A DNA stretch of 64,000 nt from an uncultured delta proteobacterium (GCA_963767925.1 CAVYGB010000013.1:1-64000); one strand, 5' to 3'; shown: positions 1-10,817, counted from the first letter of the stretch. A program made the numbers and translations. The notes: generated by a model not told the origin, from the sequence alone.

Positions 1-75
1 CGACCCCAGCGGGATTCGAACCCGCGTTCATGCCTTGAAAGGGCATTGTCCTGGGCCGGACTAGACGATGGGGTC
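1..75 (-). tRNA. tRNA-Glu(TTC); 3' CCA would lie outside the window
   Basis: Reverse complement GACCCCATCGTCTAG...GGTTCGAATCCCGCTGGGGTCG folds as a cloverleaf; anticodon arm ATGCC-CTTTCAA-GGCAT; T-loop GTTCGAATC. Confidence 0.95.
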
Positions 76-99
76 AGGTGGCCGGATGGGTTTGCTACT

Positions 100-175
100 T
101 GGTGAGCCCAGCAGGGATCGAACCTGCGACCTACGGATTAAAAGTCCGCAGCTCTACCAGCTGAGCTATGGGCCC
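100..175 (-). tRNA. tRNA-Lys(TTT)
   Basis: Reverse complement GGGCCCATAGCTCAGCTGGTAGAGC...CGGA-CTTTTAA-TCCG...GGTTCGATCCCTGCTGGGCTCACCA; 76 nt with encoded CCA. Confidence 0.96.
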
Positions 176-465
176 TCTTGGATTTGGGAATGCAGGGGCG
201 AATTTGTACCACTCCCGGGTGGGCGGGGCGACGAAAAAGACTCGAAGCGTAGGGGGAGGTGCGGGGAACTGCGCGGGATCGTGGGGGATCCGGCGGGGGC
301 GCGGGGGGGGGTAGTCCGGAACCGGAGGGCCCTGGGGGTCAGGCCTCCCGGGCGGGTACGCCTCGATGGTCGCCGCCCCCGCCGGCCACGCCCCCTCCCC
401 CCCGCCCCCCTCCCGCGGGTGGGCCTCTGTGGGGGGAACGTTGTAGAACAGGCGGGCGGGGGTTC

Positions 466-750
466 ATGAAGCGGCCGGTCACGGTGCAGATTGCCGGGCA
501 GAAGTACACGCTCCGGAGTGACGGGGAGGAGGGACAGGTGCGGGAGCTGGCGGCGTTCGTGGATGGGCTGTGCAAGGACGTGCAGCGGCAGACGCGGGCG
601 GCGGATACGCAGGCGGTGGCGATCTTGACGGCGCTGCGGATCGCGGAGGAGCTGTTCGGGGAGCGGCGGGCGACGGCGGATCTCAAGCGGCGGATCCGGG
701 AGCAGGGGGAGACGCTTCTCGATCTGCTGGAGCGGGAAGGGGGGGTATAG
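466..750 (+). CDS. zapA: Cell division protein ZapA
   Basis: MKRPVTVQIAGQKYTLRS...AAFVD...AILTALRIAEELF is the ZapA pattern; sits upstream of ygfA-rny; start taken at ATG 466 inside ORF 259..750. Confidence 0.9.
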   Translation: MKRPVTVQIAGQKYTLRSDGEEGQVRELAAFVDGLCKDVQRQTRAADTQAVAILTALRIAEELFGERRATADLKRRIREQGETLLDLLEREGGV

Positions 751-1376
751 TGGCGTCTTCGCCGCCAATGCCGCCGGGTGGTTCTCTGGTCGAGGAGAAA
801 CGGGCGCTCCGCAAGACGATGCGGACGGCGCGGGAGCTGGTCACGGCCAGCGAGCGGGGGCGGATGGGGGAGGCGGCGGGGCGGGCCTTGCTGGCGCTGC
901 CTCAGCTCGTGGGGGCCCGGGTGTTTTCGGCTTACGTGCCGACGCGGGGGGAGCTCGATGTCTCGGCGGTGGTCGAGGCGCGGGTGGCGGCGGGGGTGAC
1001 GGCGGTCTACCCGCGGGTCACGGCGGAGCTGCCGCGGCTCCGGTTCCACGTTGTCACGGGGGACACGCCGCTGTCGGTGGGGGCTTACGGCATCTTCGAG
1101 CCGCCGGCGGATGCGCCCGAGATCCCGGCGGAGGCGATCGATGTGGTCATCGTGCCGGGGCTGGCCTTCGATCTCGAGGGGCGCCGGCTGGGCTACGGCG
1201 GCGGGTACTACGACGAGCTGGCGCACCGCCTGCGGGCGCACGGGCGCGGCTTCCTCGTGGGGGTCGGCTACGATTTTCAGCTCGTCGGCCGCTGCCCGTC
1301 GGGCGACGGCGATGCGACCCTGGACTGCATCGTCACCGATGCCCGGGTCATCCGCTGCGACGGTAAGCAGCCATGA
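750..1376 (+). CDS. ygfA: 5-formyltetrahydrofolate cyclo-ligase
   Basis: EKRALRK N-terminus, YGIFEP, DVVIVPGLAFD..GRRLGYGGGYYD, LDCIVT motifs; start GTG 750 or ATG 768. Confidence 0.92.
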   Translation: MASSPPMPPGGSLVEEKRALRKTMRTARELVTASERGRMGEAAGRALLALPQLVGARVFSAYVPTRGELDVSAVVEARVAAGVTAVYPRVTAELPRLRFHVVTGDTPLSVGAYGIFEPPADAPEIPAEAIDVVIVPGLAFDLEGRRLGYGGGYYDELAHRLRAHGRGFLVGVGYDFQLVGRCPSGDGDATLDCIVTDARVIRCDGKQP

Positions 1377-2941
1377 CCCTGTCCGCTCCCGCGGCGCTGC
1401 TCGTGTTCGCGGGCGGCTTGCTGCTGGCAGCGCTGGTTGTCTTCCTGTTCGGGCGGCTGGGGCGGGGGCCGCGCCTGCCCGAGGTGGACGAGGAGGGGCA
1501 GCGCCTGCTGGCGGCCGCCCGCCTGCAGGCGGAAATGATCGCCCGGGAGGCGGGGGTGCAGGCCCAGGAGACGGCGCAGCGGGTGCGCCTCGAGGTGGAC
1601 GGGGAGATCCGCGTCCGGCGCCTCGAGATCGAGCGGCAGGCGGGGGAGCTGGCGGCGCGCGCGGCGGCCGTCGATCGGCTCGGCCAGGAGCTGGATCGCC
1701 AGCGCGCCGAGGTGGGCGAGCAGGAGTCCCGGCTGTCCGAGCGCGAGCAGGCGGCCGAGCTGGCCGAGCGGGCGGCGGCGGTCCGGGCGGAGGAGGCCCG
1801 CCTCCGGCTCGAGGGGATCGCGGGGCTGTCGGCGGCCGAGGCGCGCCAGCGGCTCGAGGACGAGGTGCGCGAGGAGGCGGTGCGGGCGGCGGCGGCCGAG
1901 GTCCGGCGCATCGAGGACGAGGCCCGGGCGACGGCGGAGGAGCGGGCCCGCCAGGCGCTGGCGGCGGCGGTGCAGCGCCACGCCAGCGACTTCGTCGTCG
2001 AGCGGACGGTGGCGGTCGTTTCCCTCCCTTCGGACGACATGAAGGGGCGGATCATCGGCCGCGAGGGGCGCAACATCCGCGCGCTCGAGGCGGCCACCGG
2101 GGTCGACATCATCGTCGACGACACGCCCGAGGCGGTGGTCATCTCCTGCTTTCATCCGGTGCGGCGCGAGATCGCCCGGCTGGCGCTGTCGCACCTCATC
2201 GCCGACGGGCGCATCCACCCCGGCCGCGTCGAGGAGATGGTGAAGAAGGCCACCGCCGAGGTGGACCGCACCTGCCAGGAGGCGGCCGAGCAGGCGGTCT
2301 TCGACCTCGGGATCGGCCACCTCCACCCCGAGCTGCTGCGGCTCCTCGGCGCGCTGAAGTTCCGGGCGAGCCACGCCCAGAACCTGCTGCAGCACTCGAT
2401 CGAGGTCGGCTTTTTGACCGGGGCGATGGCGGGTGAGCTGGGGTTGCCGGTGAAGCTGGCGCGCCGGGCGGGCCTGCTGCACGACATCGGCCAGGCGGCC
2501 GACCACGAGATCGACGGCTCGCACGCGGCGGCCGGGGCCCTGCTGGCCCGCAAACACGGGGAGGAGCCAGCGGTCTGCCAGGCCATCGCGGCCCACCACG
2601 GCGAGGTGGCGCCCCGCTCCGCCCTCGACCACCTGGTCGACGCGGCCAACGTCCTGTCGGGACAGCGGCCGGGCGCCCGCCGGGAGATGCTCGAGACCTT
2701 CGTGCAGCGCCTGGTCGAGCTCGAGCGGATCGCCACCAGCTTTCCCGGGGTGGAGCGGGCCTTCGCGATCCAGGCCGGCCGGGAGGTGCGCGTCCTGGTA
2801 GAGAATGCCCGCGTCTCCGACGAGGAGGCCCGCGCGCTGTCGCGGAGCATCGCCCGCCGGGTGGAGGCAGAGCTGGCTCATCCCGGGCAGGTGCGGGTGG
2901 CGGTGGTCCGCGAGACGCGGGCGATCGACTACGCCCGCTGA
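1373..2941 (+). CDS. rny: Ribonuclease Y (TM anchor, coiled coil, KH, HD), with atypical HD-domain residues
   Basis: LPSDDMKGRIIGREGRNIRALEAATGVDIIVDDTPE KH motif; LLHDIG; RPGARRE; AIQAGREVRV C-terminus. Confidence 0.95.
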   Translation: MTLSAPAALLVFAGGLLLAALVVFLFGRLGRGPRLPEVDEEGQRLLAAARLQAEMIAREAGVQAQETAQRVRLEVDGEIRVRRLEIERQAGELAARAAAVDRLGQELDRQRAEVGEQESRLSEREQAAELAERAAAVRAEEARLRLEGIAGLSAAEARQRLEDEVREEAVRAAAAEVRRIEDEARATAEERARQALAAAVQRHASDFVVERTVAVVSLPSDDMKGRIIGREGRNIRALEAATGVDIIVDDTPEAVVISCFHPVRREIARLALSHLIADGRIHPGRVEEMVKKATAEVDRTCQEAAEQAVFDLGIGHLHPELLRLLGALKFRASHAQNLLQHSIEVGFLTGAMAGELGLPVKLARRAGLLHDIGQAADHEIDGSHAAAGALLARKHGEEPAVCQAIAAHHGEVAPRSALDHLVDAANVLSGQRPGARREMLETFVQRLVELERIATSFPGVERAFAIQAGREVRVLVENARVSDEEARALSRSIARRVEAELAHPGQVRVAVVRETRAIDYAR

Positions 2942-2998
2942 GCGCAGCGCCGCCGGCCTGGCGGGGGCCCGGCGGGACGGTATAACGACGGGTCCAAC

Positions 2999-4870
2999 GT
3001 GCCCCCTCCTGTCCGCCCGACCACCGAGCCGCAGCCCCCGCTGAGGGTGCGCCTGCGCCGCAGCTTCTCCCAGACCGCCCGCACCCTGGCTCTGGTCTGG
3101 CGCTCCTCCCCGGGTGGCACGCTGGCCCTGGGCGGGCTGACGCTGGTGGCGGCGGCGCTGGGCCCGGCCATCGCCTACGTCGGCAAGCTGATCGTCGACG
3201 CGGTGGTGGCGGCGCGCGCCACCAGCGGCCCGGCCGCCGAGGCGGCGATCCAGCAGGCGGTCTCCTGGGTGGGGGTCGAGCTGGCCCTGGTGGCGGTCTC
3301 CACCCTCACCGAGCGGGCGCTCGGCCTCTGGCGCCAGCTCATCGGCTTCCGCCTCGGCATCGACATCAACACCCGGATCCTGGAGAAGGCCCTCGCCCTC
3401 GACCTGCGCCACTTCGAGGACCCCGAGTACTACGACAAGCTCACCCGCGCCCGCCGCGAGGCCTCGAGCCGCCCCCTCTCCCTGGTGCAGTCGAACTTCC
3501 AGGTGCTGCGCAACGCCCTCACCCTGGCCGGCTACAGCGCCCTGCTCGTCACCTTCTCGCCCTGGCTGGTGCTGCTGCTGCTGGCCGCCACCATCCCCGC
3601 CTTCACCGCCGAGGCCTTCTTCTCCCGGGCCGGGTTCCGCCTGCGCAACAGGCGCGCGCCCGAGACCCGCCGGCTGAACTACCTCGAATACGTCATGGCC
3701 AACGACGAGCACGCCAAGGAGGTCAAGCTGTTCGGCCTCGGCTCGTTGCTGCTCGGCCGCTACCGCGAGCTGGCCGAGCGCCTCTACCACGAGGACCGCA
3801 AGCTGGCCCTCCGGCGCGCGGCCTGGGGCTTCTCGCTGTCCCTGCTGTCGACGGCGACCTTCTACGCCTGTTACGCCTACATCGTCTTCTCGACGGTGAA
3901 GGGCCCCCTCTCGCTCGGCGACATGACGCTCTACCTGGTGGCCTTCCGCCAGGGGCAGCAGAGCTTCCAGGCCATCCTCAGCGCGGTGGGCGGCATGTAC
4001 GAGGACACGCTCTACATGTCGAACCTGTTCGAGTTCTTCGCCATCCCCACCCGCAGCGGCAGCGGCGCCCGCCCCGAGGCGGGCAACGGCGCGGAGCCGG
4101 GCGCCCCCGCCCTCTCCGAGGCGGGCATCCGCTTCGAGGGGGTCGGCTTTCGCTACCCGGGCGCCGGCTGGGCGCTCCAGGGCATCGACCTCTACATCCC
4201 GCGCGGGCAGAGCCTGGCCCTGGTCGGCCAGAACGGCGCGGGCAAGACCACCTTCATCAAGCTGCTCACCCGCCTTTACGAGCCGACCGAGGGGCGCATC
4301 CTGCTCGACGGCCGCGACCTGCGCGACTGGGACGAGGTGGCGCTACGCCGGCGCTTCGGCGTCATCTTCCAGGACTTCAACCAGTACTACTTCTTGCTGC
4401 GCGAGAACGTCGGGGTCGGCAGCCTCGATCACCTCGAGGACGAGGTCCGCGTCGGCGAGGCGGTCGAGCGGGCGGGCGCACGCGACCTGGTGGGCTCGCT
4501 GCAAAAGGGGCTCGACACCCAGCTCGGCCGCTGGTTCCAGGACGGGGTCGAGCTGTCGGGCGGCCAGTGGCAGAAGGTGGCGCTGGCCCGGGCCTTCATG
4601 CGCCAGGAGGCCGACATCCTGGTGCTCGACGAGCCGACCGCCGCCCTCGACGCCGAGGCCGAGCACGCCGTGTTCCAGCGCTTCCGCGAGCTGGCCGAGG
4701 GGCGCACCACCATCGTCATCTCCCACCGCTTCCCCACCGTGCGCATGGCCGACCGGATCCTCGTGCTCGAGCAGGGCCGCATCATCGAGCAGGGCACCCA
4801 CGCCGACCTCGTAACCGCCGGCGGCCGCTACGCCCACCTCTTCGAGCTCCAGGCGAAGGGATATCTCTAG
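2999..4870 (+). CDS. ABC transporter, fused permease/ATP-binding protein (exporter)
   Basis: N-terminal TM helices; Walker A GQNGAGKTT, signature LSGGQWQ, Walker B ILVLDEPT, SHR switch. Confidence 0.92.
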   Translation: MPPPVRPTTEPQPPLRVRLRRSFSQTARTLALVWRSSPGGTLALGGLTLVAAALGPAIAYVGKLIVDAVVAARATSGPAAEAAIQQAVSWVGVELALVAVSTLTERALGLWRQLIGFRLGIDINTRILEKALALDLRHFEDPEYYDKLTRARREASSRPLSLVQSNFQVLRNALTLAGYSALLVTFSPWLVLLLLAATIPAFTAEAFFSRAGFRLRNRRAPETRRLNYLEYVMANDEHAKEVKLFGLGSLLLGRYRELAERLYHEDRKLALRRAAWGFSLSLLSTATFYACYAYIVFSTVKGPLSLGDMTLYLVAFRQGQQSFQAILSAVGGMYEDTLYMSNLFEFFAIPTRSGSGARPEAGNGAEPGAPALSEAGIRFEGVGFRYPGAGWALQGIDLYIPRGQSLALVGQNGAGKTTFIKLLTRLYEPTEGRILLDGRDLRDWDEVALRRRFGVIFQDFNQYYFLLRENVGVGSLDHLEDEVRVGEAVERAGARDLVGSLQKGLDTQLGRWFQDGVELSGGQWQKVALARAFMRQEADILVLDEPTAALDAEAEHAVFQRFRELAEGRTTIVISHRFPTVRMADRILVLEQGRIIEQGTHADLVTAGGRYAHLFELQAKGYL

Positions 4871-4892
4871 AGAGGACCGAGCGGTATGTCGC

Positions 4893-5069
4893 GGAGACCC
4901 CTCACCCCTCCCTCTCCCCGCTGCGCGGGGCGAGGGCGAACGGGCAACGGGGAGCAGAAACCTCGGCTTGTTCCAGCGGACGTCCGCTCGAAAGATGATC
5001 GGGTGCCCTCAACCGGCTGATCGCCCTCGCCCCGCGGCAGCGGGGAGAGGGAGGGGTGAGGGGTCCCCG
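4893..5069. repeat. Inverted pair of ~47-bp REP-like palindromic elements (4893-4939 and 5021-5069)
   Basis: ggagacccctcacccctccctctccccgctgcgcggggcgagggcga is the near-exact reverse complement of tcgccctcgccccgcggcagcggggagagggaggggtgaggggtcccc; lies between convergent genes. Confidence 0.85.
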
Positions 5070-5090
5070 GTGTGGCGGCTCCCGGCGCGA

Positions 5091-5420
5091 TCAGCTCTGG
5101 CGGATGTCCGACTCGAGCATCTCGGGCTCTTCTTCGTAGTCGGCGATGATGATCTCGCGGCTGTGGGCGTCGGTGGAGGAGGCGGTGAAGAAGCCCTCGA
5201 CCAGGTCGGCCACCTCCTCGTGGGAGGTGCCCTTCTTCACGGTGGCCATCGCGTAGACGACGTGGCCGTCGTCGACCACCGACAGGAACCCGACCCGCCG
5301 GCCATCTTCGACCGACCAGAGGTCCCAGGCTTCGCCGGCCTGGGTCCGGGTGACGCGCGTGGCGTAAAAGGTGCGCGGGTCGTGGCGGGTGATGGGTGTG
5401 ATCTTCGGATCTCGTGGCAC
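5091..5420 (-). CDS. Hypothetical protein (109 aa, acidic C-terminus)
   Basis: GC-rich third positions, normal amino-acid composition, upstream GGGGA SD-like motif and TGcTATGGT -10-like box; no family recognised. Confidence 0.7.
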   Translation of the reverse strand: MPRDPKITPITRHDPRTFYATRVTRTQAGEAWDLWSVEDGRRVGFLSVVDDGHVVYAMATVKKGTSHEEVADLVEGFFTASSTDAHSREIIIADYEEEPEMLESDIRQS

Positions 5421-5478
5421 GTCAGGTCCCCCGAACGGTAGCCGTCAACCATAGCACGGGGCGCGTTGACCGCCCGCT

Positions 5479-6696
<1,218 letters not shown>

Positions 6697-6717
6697 CGTG
6701 CCCTCCTCGCGCCCGCG

Positions 6718-8451
6718 CTACTTCACCCAGGGGGCGGGCAGGATCGGCGGGCGCTCCATCGCCCGGCGCGTGCGCTGCAGCTCGATCTCGCTGATCAGCA
6801 GGGCGGGCGCGACCGTCGAGACCGGGACGTAACCCGACTCGGCCCCGCAGAAGCCGTTGAACACCCCCTCGTGGTCGGAGGCGGCCACGATGCGGTTGAG
6901 CGAGCCGATGGGCGTCCCCACGAACTCCACCCCCCTCGCCAGGGTCTCCTTGCCGGTGGCGGCGTCCACCCGGTAGACGATGCGGGGCATGCCCTTGAAG
7001 GCCTGGAAGTCGTAGGTGGTGGTGTTGGTCTGCCCGCCGCTGATGTCGGCGATGATCAACCCGAAGGCCTTCTTCTGCCGGCGCACCTCGGCCAGCAGCA
7101 GCTCCTTGAGCTTGGCGTAGGGGACCTTCTTGCTCGAGCGGATGATGGTGTTGCCCATCCGTCCGATCGGGTCGAGGGTGGCGTCGGAGCGGCCGTGCCC
7201 GTTCGAGGCGGGCGAGCCCTTCACCGGCGTGCGGCTCTTGAGGTAGTTGCGCAGGACGCCCTTCTCGACCAGCGTGACCGGGCGGGCGGTCACCCCCTCG
7301 TCGTCGTAGCGGTAGTAGCCGTTGAGCGACACCGTCCCCAGGCGCCGCATGGTGGGGTCGTCGACGATGGTGAGGAAGGTCGGCAAGATCGGCTTGCCGA
7401 TCTGCCCCTTGAAGGTGGCCCCCTCCTTGTTGTCGTTCTGCCGCTCGCCCTCGAGCCGGTGCCCGAGCGCCTCGTGGAAGAAGACGCCCGCCGCCTCGGG
7501 CAGCAGGATGGCCGGCCCGTTGAAAGGATCCATCATCGGCGACTCGCGCAGCTTCCGGATCTCGTCGGCGAGCTGGCGGGCGGTGGCCTGCAGGGTCTTC
7601 TCGTCGGGCAGCTCGCTCTCGGCCGCGGCGTAGAAGCTCTTGTAGTGGGGGACCAGCAGGCCGTCGGGGGCCCGCCCGTTGGCGGCGAAGTGCACCGCCC
7701 AGATCAGGCGCTCGTTGACCAGCTCGGTCCCCTCGGTGGTGACCAGGTAGCGGGTCTGGTGGCTGACGTTGAGCTTGACCTGCGAGTCGAAGATGTCGGG
7801 GAAGGCCTTGAACTCCGCCGAGACCCGCCGCAGCCGCTGGCGCCACAGCTCCCGGTCCACCTTGACCACCACCGCCGGATCGACGGAGCGGGTCGGCTGC
7901 TCCCGGGAGAAGCTGCCCACCGTCTCGTCCTCGACGACCTTGGTGACCCGGGCGCCGCGCTTCTTGTGCAGCAGGGACAGGGCCCGCTTGTAGCGGACGT
8001 CGGTCTGCAGCCAGAGCGTCGCCCGCAGGGCGTCGATGTCGTTGTCGATCGGGGCGGCCGAGGGCGGCTCGTAGCGGTCGAAGTCGTCGATGTCGAACAT
8101 CTTCTCGGTCGAGTCATCGGCGGTGTTGTCGAAGTGGTAGTCGCCGACCCGGGCCTCGACCGAGGCGTGGCGGGCGCGCGTGTGGTCGTCCGAGAGGATG
8201 GCGCCCAGGGTGGCCGAGACGTCCGACTCGTCGTAGTCCCGCACCAGGTAGCGGATGAAATAGGGCGGGTCCTCCTTCGGCATGCGCAGCCGCTCGTGCG
8301 AGCGGGTCAGCTCGCTCTTGAGGGCAGCGAGCACCACCAGGCGGGGGTCGTTGTCCTGCGCGGCGGCGGGACCCGGGAAGGGGAGGCCCGAAGCGGCAAC
8401 GGTGATGGCAACGGCGACAGCAGCGACGAGCACGGACCCGCGGGAGACCAT
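6718..8451 (-). CDS. TldD/PmbA-family metalloprotease with N-terminal signal peptide
   Basis: FFHEALGHRLEG (HExxxH), IVDDPT, YDDEGV..LVEKGVL, SNGHGR; start at ATG 8451 (MVSRGSVLVAAVAV...AAA|QD) inside ORF 6718..10962. Confidence 0.88.
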   Translation of the reverse strand: MVSRGSVLVAAVAVAITVAASGLPFPGPAAAQDNDPRLVVLAALKSELTRSHERLRMPKEDPPYFIRYLVRDYDESDVSATLGAILSDDHTRARHASVEARVGDYHFDNTADDSTEKMFDIDDFDRYEPPSAAPIDNDIDALRATLWLQTDVRYKRALSLLHKKRGARVTKVVEDETVGSFSREQPTRSVDPAVVVKVDRELWRQRLRRVSAEFKAFPDIFDSQVKLNVSHQTRYLVTTEGTELVNERLIWAVHFAANGRAPDGLLVPHYKSFYAAAESELPDEKTLQATARQLADEIRKLRESPMMDPFNGPAILLPEAAGVFFHEALGHRLEGERQNDNKEGATFKGQIGKPILPTFLTIVDDPTMRRLGTVSLNGYYRYDDEGVTARPVTLVEKGVLRNYLKSRTPVKGSPASNGHGRSDATLDPIGRMGNTIIRSSKKVPYAKLKELLLAEVRRQKKAFGLIIADISGGQTNTTTYDFQAFKGMPRIVYRVDAATGKETLARGVEFVGTPIGSLNRIVAASDHEGVFNGFCGAESGYVPVSTVAPALLISEIELQRTRRAMERPPILPAPWVK

Positions 8452-8513
8452 GGGGTGGTCTAGCCGACAGGACCCACGTTTTCCAGCCCGCATTCCAGCC
8501 CGCGCCTCGGGGT

Positions 8514-10817
8514 TCATCGCAGCGACAGGCCCACCACCACCGCATTGTACACGGCGTGGGTGACCATCGGCGCCAGCAGCAGGTGGGTGCGTTCGTACAC
8601 GTAGGCCGCCACCAGCGCCAGCGCGAACACCGGCACCACCGCGATGGGGGGGTGCACGACGGCGAAGATGGCGGCGCTGGCCAGCGCCGCGTGCGAAAAC
8701 CTCACCGACCGGCGCAGGCCCCCGAAGACCAGCCCCCGGAAGATGGCCTCCTCGAACACCGGCGCCGCCACCACCGCCAGGGCCACCAGCCAGGCGCCCG
8801 GCTTGGGCATCTGGAGCTGGCTCTCGTCGAGGGCCGGGCGGATCCCGGGGAAGCTCAGCACCACCAGCAGGTACCCCACGCCCCCCGCCGCCGCCAGCAG
8901 GCCGCCCCCCAGCCCCCACAGCACGGCCCGGCGAGCCCCCGGGCCGAACACCCGCGGCACTCCGGTGGCCCCCATGAAGGTGTGGACCAGCCGGGTCCCG
9001 ATCGCCGCCACCGCCCCCGCGATGACGAAGGCCAGGGTGAGGTGCGAGCCGTCGAGCTTGCCCGACTTCGGGACCAGCAGGATCGCCACCACCGCCTGCA
9101 CCACGAAGAACAGCAGGGCGGCCAGCATGCCGTCGGCCAGCGAGACGCGCGGCGGTGGGGCGGCGCTGGGGTCGAGCAGGTAGGGCAGCCGGTCGCGCGC
9201 CTTTTGCCACAGGGCCAGGCCCAGGAGCAGGGTCAAGATGAGCAGCCCGGCTCGCTGCCACAGGCTGGTGGCGTAGATCGCGTAGGTGTAGAGCGACGAC
9301 AGCAGCAGGTACAGGTAGGCGTGGGAGGGGCGGATCTTCCGCTGCACGTCCTGGGCGAGCGGGTTGGCCCCGAACACGCCCAGGCTGGTGGCGATGAGGG
9401 CGTAGATGGGCACCCCCAGCAGGGCGATGGCCAGCAGCAGGAAGGCCCGGGGCGGAAGGTCGGGGCGGGTTACCGCCGCCGCCACGAACAGCAGCAGCGG
9501 GTAGGCCAGAGCCAGTCCCCCCCACAGCAGCGCCTTGTCCAGCAGCACCCGACCCAGCGAGCGGGGCAGGGTGTACATCAGCCACAGCGCGCTCCCTTCG
9601 TTGTTCAGGGTCTGGAAGGCCGAGAACATCAAGGTGTAGGCGGCGATGCCGAAGCCGAGCGCGGCCAGGTGGGTGAGGTCGATGGCGGCCAGCGAGAACC
9701 CGCCCGGCCCCCCGACGGTCAGCGCGAGCTGGAACCCGACAACCAGCAGGGGCGTGACCGTGGTCTGCACCAGGAAGTTGCGATCGCGGGCCAGCAGCTT
9801 CAGCTCTCGCCGCTGCACCGGCGAGAGGAAGGGCTGCTTTCCCGCCGCCGCGGGCGCCCCCGTCGGGAGCGCCGCCGCCGGGGCCGGGCTGCGCCGCCGC
9901 GACCCATCGCGCGCGCCCGCTCCCACCACCCCCACCCGCAGCTCCCGCTCCAGCCAGGCCACGGTCCCCAGCAGCACCAGGGCGAGCTGCCCGAGCAGCA
10001 GCGGGACCACCCAGGCGGGCGCCTCCCCCCCGGTCAGCGCCAGCACCGCCAGGCCGGGGGGCGTGTACAGGGCCCAGTCGGGCAGCCCGGCCGGCCACTC
10101 GAACTGCAGCCCGCGGCTCATGGTGGGGGCGATGCACAGGTACATGGTCACCGTGCCCACGATGGTGAACATCGCCTGCAGGTTGCGCAGCCGGGAGGGC
10201 GACATGCGCAGGCGGAAGCCGGTGTCGACGATGGTCTGGGCCGCCGCCGCCAGCGCCAGCAGGGGCAACGCCAGCAGGGCCCCCAGCAGCGGCGCCGCGT
10301 AGCCGTACCCCCCGCGATAAGCCAGCACCGAGAGGAACGGCCACAAGGCGATGATGCCAAAGGGGTTGATCAGCGTGCGCTCGAGGATGCGCACCAGCAG
10401 CAAGGTGCGGGTGGGGGCGGGCAGGGTCACCAGCCACTCGAGGTCCCACTCGGGCGAGGCGATCTCCTTGTTGGCCAGGGCCAGCATGACCGCCGCCAGC
10501 AGGACCAGCACCACCTCGACGATGAGGTAAGAGAGGGCCGGCACCGGTAGCCCGCTGGCCGGGGTCCAGGCCCGCCCGGCGTAATTCTGGACCACGTTCT
10601 CGAACACCCGCATGGCCATCGTGGTGGCGCTCAGCAGGAACAGCAGCCCCATGAGCACCCCCAGGCCGATGCCCCCTTCCCCCTTGCCGGCGGTGCCCCG
10701 GCGGGCTCCCCCCGGGCGGCCCCGGCGCCAGCCCGCCGCGGCCCGGTTGAGCAGCCGGCGCACGCGGATCCGCAGCACCAGCCGGGCGGCGGTGCCCGCG
10801 GTGATGGCCGGGATCAC
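8514..10817 (-). CDS. Multi-TM ABC-exporter-type permease fused to a C-terminal CPBP (CAAX/Abi) intramembrane metalloprotease
   Basis: Two repeated permease-like halves (LEWLVTLP / LWLMYTLP); C-terminal APVFEEAIFRG, FAVVH, HAVYN motifs; overlaps the ABC ATPase stop by 4 nt. Confidence 0.85.
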   Translation of the reverse strand: MIPAITAGTAARLVLRIRVRRLLNRAAAGWRRGRPGGARRGTAGKGEGGIGLGVLMGLLFLLSATTMAMRVFENVVQNYAGRAWTPASGLPVPALSYLIVEVVLVLLAAVMLALANKEIASPEWDLEWLVTLPAPTRTLLLVRILERTLINPFGIIALWPFLSVLAYRGGYGYAAPLLGALLALPLLALAAAAQTIVDTGFRLRMSPSRLRNLQAMFTIVGTVTMYLCIAPTMSRGLQFEWPAGLPDWALYTPPGLAVLALTGGEAPAWVVPLLLGQLALVLLGTVAWLERELRVGVVGAGARDGSRRRSPAPAAALPTGAPAAAGKQPFLSPVQRRELKLLARDRNFLVQTTVTPLLVVGFQLALTVGGPGGFSLAAIDLTHLAALGFGIAAYTLMFSAFQTLNNEGSALWLMYTLPRSLGRVLLDKALLWGGLALAYPLLLFVAAAVTRPDLPPRAFLLLAIALLGVPIYALIATSLGVFGANPLAQDVQRKIRPSHAYLYLLLSSLYTYAIYATSLWQRAGLLILTLLLGLALWQKARDRLPYLLDPSAAPPPRVSLADGMLAALLFFVVQAVVAILLVPKSGKLDGSHLTLAFVIAGAVAAIGTRLVHTFMGATGVPRVFGPGARRAVLWGLGGGLLAAAGGVGYLLVVLSFPGIRPALDESQLQMPKPGAWLVALAVVAAPVFEEAIFRGLVFGGLRRSVRFSHAALASAAIFAVVHPPIAVVPVFALALVAAYVYERTHLLLAPMVTHAVYNAVVVGLSLR

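Noticed and set aside
1..460. tRNA-anchored genomic island or prophage
   Set aside because: No integrase, no duplicated tRNA 3' end in the window, and flanking genes are core
176..465. 6S RNA relocated upstream of zapA
   Set aside because: G/C homopolymer-rich sequence; I could not see a long rod with a central bubble (needs cmsearch to exclude)
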